The translations under genes and the position numbers were made by a program. The notes below the pieces were generated by a model that had not been told where the DNA came from, ran no database searches, and was given only the letters and a program-made list of their open reading frames with translations. A DNA stretch of 64,000 nucleotides from an uncultured Actinomycetota bacterium (GTDB lineage Bacteria; Actinomycetota; Actinomycetes; Propionibacteriales; DAIQRJ01): the NCBI GenBank assembly GCA_963724495.1, contig CAVRUZ010000009.1:1673-65672 (forward strand), given 5' to 3'. This document shows, piece by piece, positions 61,241-64,000 of the stretch; the first letter of the stretch is position 1; every line of letters begins with the position of its first letter.

Positions 61241-64000
61241 GGCACCTCGACGTCCACGAAGCCGCCCGCCGACGTGAGATCGGACATGAGCACCGACACT
61301 CCACCCGGCCGGTAGCGGTTGGGCACGTCCTGCGTGTCGAGGGCAACCCCGGCCGAGCGGACAACGCGGACCCCGTGGCCCTGACTGCCGACCGCGAAGC
61401 GGAACTCCACCGGCGAACCGCCGACCGGCACCCGCACCTGCAGACCGTCGAGACCGGGATCGAGCACCGGATCGATCTCGACCCTGGAGCCACGCACGCG
61501 AATGCCCAGCAGGTTCTGCACGACCAGCTGGAGGAACAGTCCCGGGCCGGAGGAGTACACCCGCCAGCCGCCTTCGAGGGCGACGCTGCCGTCGGCGATC
61601 CGGCCGTACTCCGCGTCCGCCTGGTAGCGGTCGTCGAACGCGGCGTCGGAGGAGGAGAAGTAGACGGTCGACTGCCGCGGCCGGGCCGAGCTCACCCTGC
61701 TGGTGATGCCGAGCGGATGTGCCTGCGCCAGCGCCCGTAGCAGACCCTGTGCGTCACCGACCCGAGCCAGAGCCTCGGCGTACCGCAGGTGCGCGTGCAT
61801 GTACATGACGCCGATCTCGCGGCCGAAGAAGGTGCTGGCCTCGGCTCGCTGGAACAGCTCCATCGGCCCGCCGTGATAGGCCACCGGCCGGTCGAAGAGC
61901 CGAACGCCGTCGGGTCCGGTGAGGTGCTCGCGGATGAGGTCGAAGTGACGGGATACCTCCTCCTGGGTCAGCAGCTCGCCGGCAATCGCATGGATCATCG
62001 GCAGCAGGCTGTACGCCAGGCCGGTACGACGGTCGCGCGGATGCAGCAGCGGCTCGATCGCACCGTCGTCGGCCACCAGGCCGTAGCCCGCGAGCACACC
62101 GTCGGGCATCAGGCTCGCTCGCAGATCGGCAGTCCCGGCTTGCGGCGATGCGCAGCGCCCGGGCCGCCAGCTCCGGCTCCTCGGTCAGCGCCTCGCCGAG
62201 CGTCCTCAGCGCCTCGGCCTGCAGCACGACCGTCCAGGTCGAGACCATCCGCGCGGCCAAGGCCGGGTCGGCAGGCTGGAGCGAGTCGTTCCAGTCGCCG
62301 TTGCCGTAGGCGGGCAGGTTGGTGGTGCCGATCATCGTGGACTCGATCACCGCCAGCGCCCGGTCCACGTGCTCGCTGACGCTGATGGCGTCGGTCGGGC
62401 CGACATCTCCCATGCAGGGAACGCGTTCTCGCATCAGCGCGTGGTCACCGGTGGTGCGGAGGTAATTGCCGAGCGCCAGCAACGGCCAGTAGACGACGTC
62501 TCCGTGCGCCTCGCTCTGCCCCGCCGACCGGTGCCGAGGGAGGAAGTCGAACGCCTGTGGCCAATCGCCGCGTTCGTTCTGCGCGGCCAGCACCAGCAAC
62601 AGCAACTCGCGCAGCTCATCGTGCGCACCGAGTGCGAGCAGGAGTCCGACCGGGCCCTGGGTGACGTCGCGAGAGCCCCAGGCGCCACCGCTGTACTGCT
62701 CGAGCCCGCGGGGCGACAGGTAGTGGATGAGCGCATCGTGGGCGAACCAGGGCAGCATCGTCGCGATCTGGTCGAGCTCCCTGCCGGCCGTCGTATCGGG
62801 CGTCTCCAGGCTGAAGGCAGCGCCCAGGGTCTCCCAGAAGTCGCTACCTGTCTGCGGGTCTGCGGTCGGCACGCGGTCGACCAGGTGCGGCTCGAAGACC
62901 AGCTCCAGCTCGCGGACCTGCTCTGATCGCAGGCTGACCCAGGGAAGCCCGCGGGATCGACCGTCGCCGAACAGGACACCGTCGTCGGCCACCTGCGTCA
63001 CCGAGCCGGGCGTCCAGCGCACGTCCAGCCGGGCGTCGGCGTAGAACCGGGCAGTCGCGCTGTCGGGTGGTGGCGTGATCGAGAGGGCGTCGCCTCCGGT
63101 GGTCACGGTCCCGATATCGCCGCCGGCGTCGAGCCATCCGACGTTTGCGACCGCGAGCACGGCACAGGCCGGGCCTTCGAGCACGTCCAGCGTCACGACG
63201 CACTCGTCCCGGCCGGCGGGAACGCTTGTGGTCACCTGGATCAGGCCGCCGTCGTACGCGTACCACCACCGGCAGTCCGAGCTACCGATCGACCAGGCCG
63301 AGGGGGTCCCGAGCAGCTGCCAGTCCGGATCGCCGGTTGGCCCTTCGGCTGGGGCGACGAAGAGCCGCAAGCCATGCGCCTGGTTGAGCCCGAGGTAGCT
63401 GCGGCGGTGCGACAGCACGAAGCCGAGCGAGACGTGCCCCTGGGTGAGGTGGGAGCAGAACGAGCCGTCCATCCAGGCCGTCACACACACGCTTGGCTCG
63501 TCCGGAACCAGCGTCGAGCCCGAGCGCATCAGGTGGCCGTGTGGGCGAAGGACGGCCGCCTGCTTGGCCGCGGTGACCACGTGCCGTCCGTCGTCGGTGA
63601 AGAAGCCGAACAGCTTGCCGTCGGCCTCTTCGACGTGCCGCCGCCCGTGGCCGGCGAGCCGGTCGAGTTCCGCGTCGGTCAGGTCACGCGTGTTCAGCGA
63701 GGGTCCGGCGAACAGGGATCGTCTGGCCTGCGCCGAAGGATCGTCGGTCCGGTTGTCGCTCGCGGTGTCGGGCCATTCATCCAGCAAGTGGTCCGGTGGT
63801 CGCGCAGCCGGATCAGCGAGCGCAGCCTCGGCATGCACGGCGTCGGCCGGTCCGGAAGCCTCGGCGTGGTCGGCCAGGAAGAGACCGAAGAAGCCCGTGA
63901 CCATCGACTGGCCGGGTTCGAGCCTCGTCGTCTCGCCCTGCAAGCGCCGCCACGGTGTGCTCGTGCTGCAGCCGGCGGGAGGGAAGGTCGGCGGAGAGAC
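61237..64000 (-). pseudogene. GH94-like glycan phosphorylase/hydrolase (cellobiose-phosphorylase superfamily) with a frameshift near 62130-62150; the 5' end is outside the window
   Basis: The motifs YSGGAWGSRDVTQGP and YGNGDWNDSL are in the upstream frame. The C-terminal FGREIGVMYMHAHLRYAEAL is in another frame. The ORF stays open to the window edge. Confidence 0.7.

Overview
This is a very GC-rich actinobacterial chromosome segment. The synteny resembles the mycobacterial/propionibacterial core: purD, purA, a DUF3151 gene and fba; pyrE; clpB; and hspR, dnaJ, grpE, dnaK, all on the minus strand.

Layout from left to right:
- The 3' end of an MFS transporter gene.
- A compact pSAM2-type integrative conjugative element remnant (pra-like, FtsK/TraSA, RepSA, xis, int) abutting tRNA-Thr(CGU).
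- A secreted S33 peptidase, a PSP1/RicT gene, a GH78 rhamnosidase and a Tat-signal protein.
- HIT, CorA and the purine/glycolysis core genes.
- LemA and DUF3137, a SIS-domain protein, a SpoU methyltransferase, DedA, NDH-2, pyrE, a deaminase and an aminotransferase.
- A DUF222-HNH gene, GH116 and adenosine deaminase.
- The HspR heat-shock regulon.
- A run of small accessory genes (GNAT, cupin, PPOX, SRPBCC, DUF402, methyltransferase, DinB, nucleotidyltransferase, DUF1345, pcp, DUF899).
- A module of an RHH protein, a DUF4097 protein, a small ORF and two ABC exporters.
- A GH35/GH3/GH94-like glycan cluster that runs off the right edge.

I found no rRNA genes and no CRISPR array.

Two observations stand out.
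1. A structured intergenic repeat family of about 80-130 nt that I could not match to any named element. It has a 28-nt core identical in two copies, centred on the palindrome CGGACATGTCCG and enclosed by a CATGCA/TGCATG stem. There are at least four copies in this window.
2. A very high number of single-nucleotide frame disruptions, at least about 25 by my reading. They are concentrated in accessory genes, while the large core genes are intact. This is either real pseudogenisation or assembly indels, and I cannot tell which from the sequence alone.

All protein family calls come from reading motifs in the supplied translations. No database search was run.
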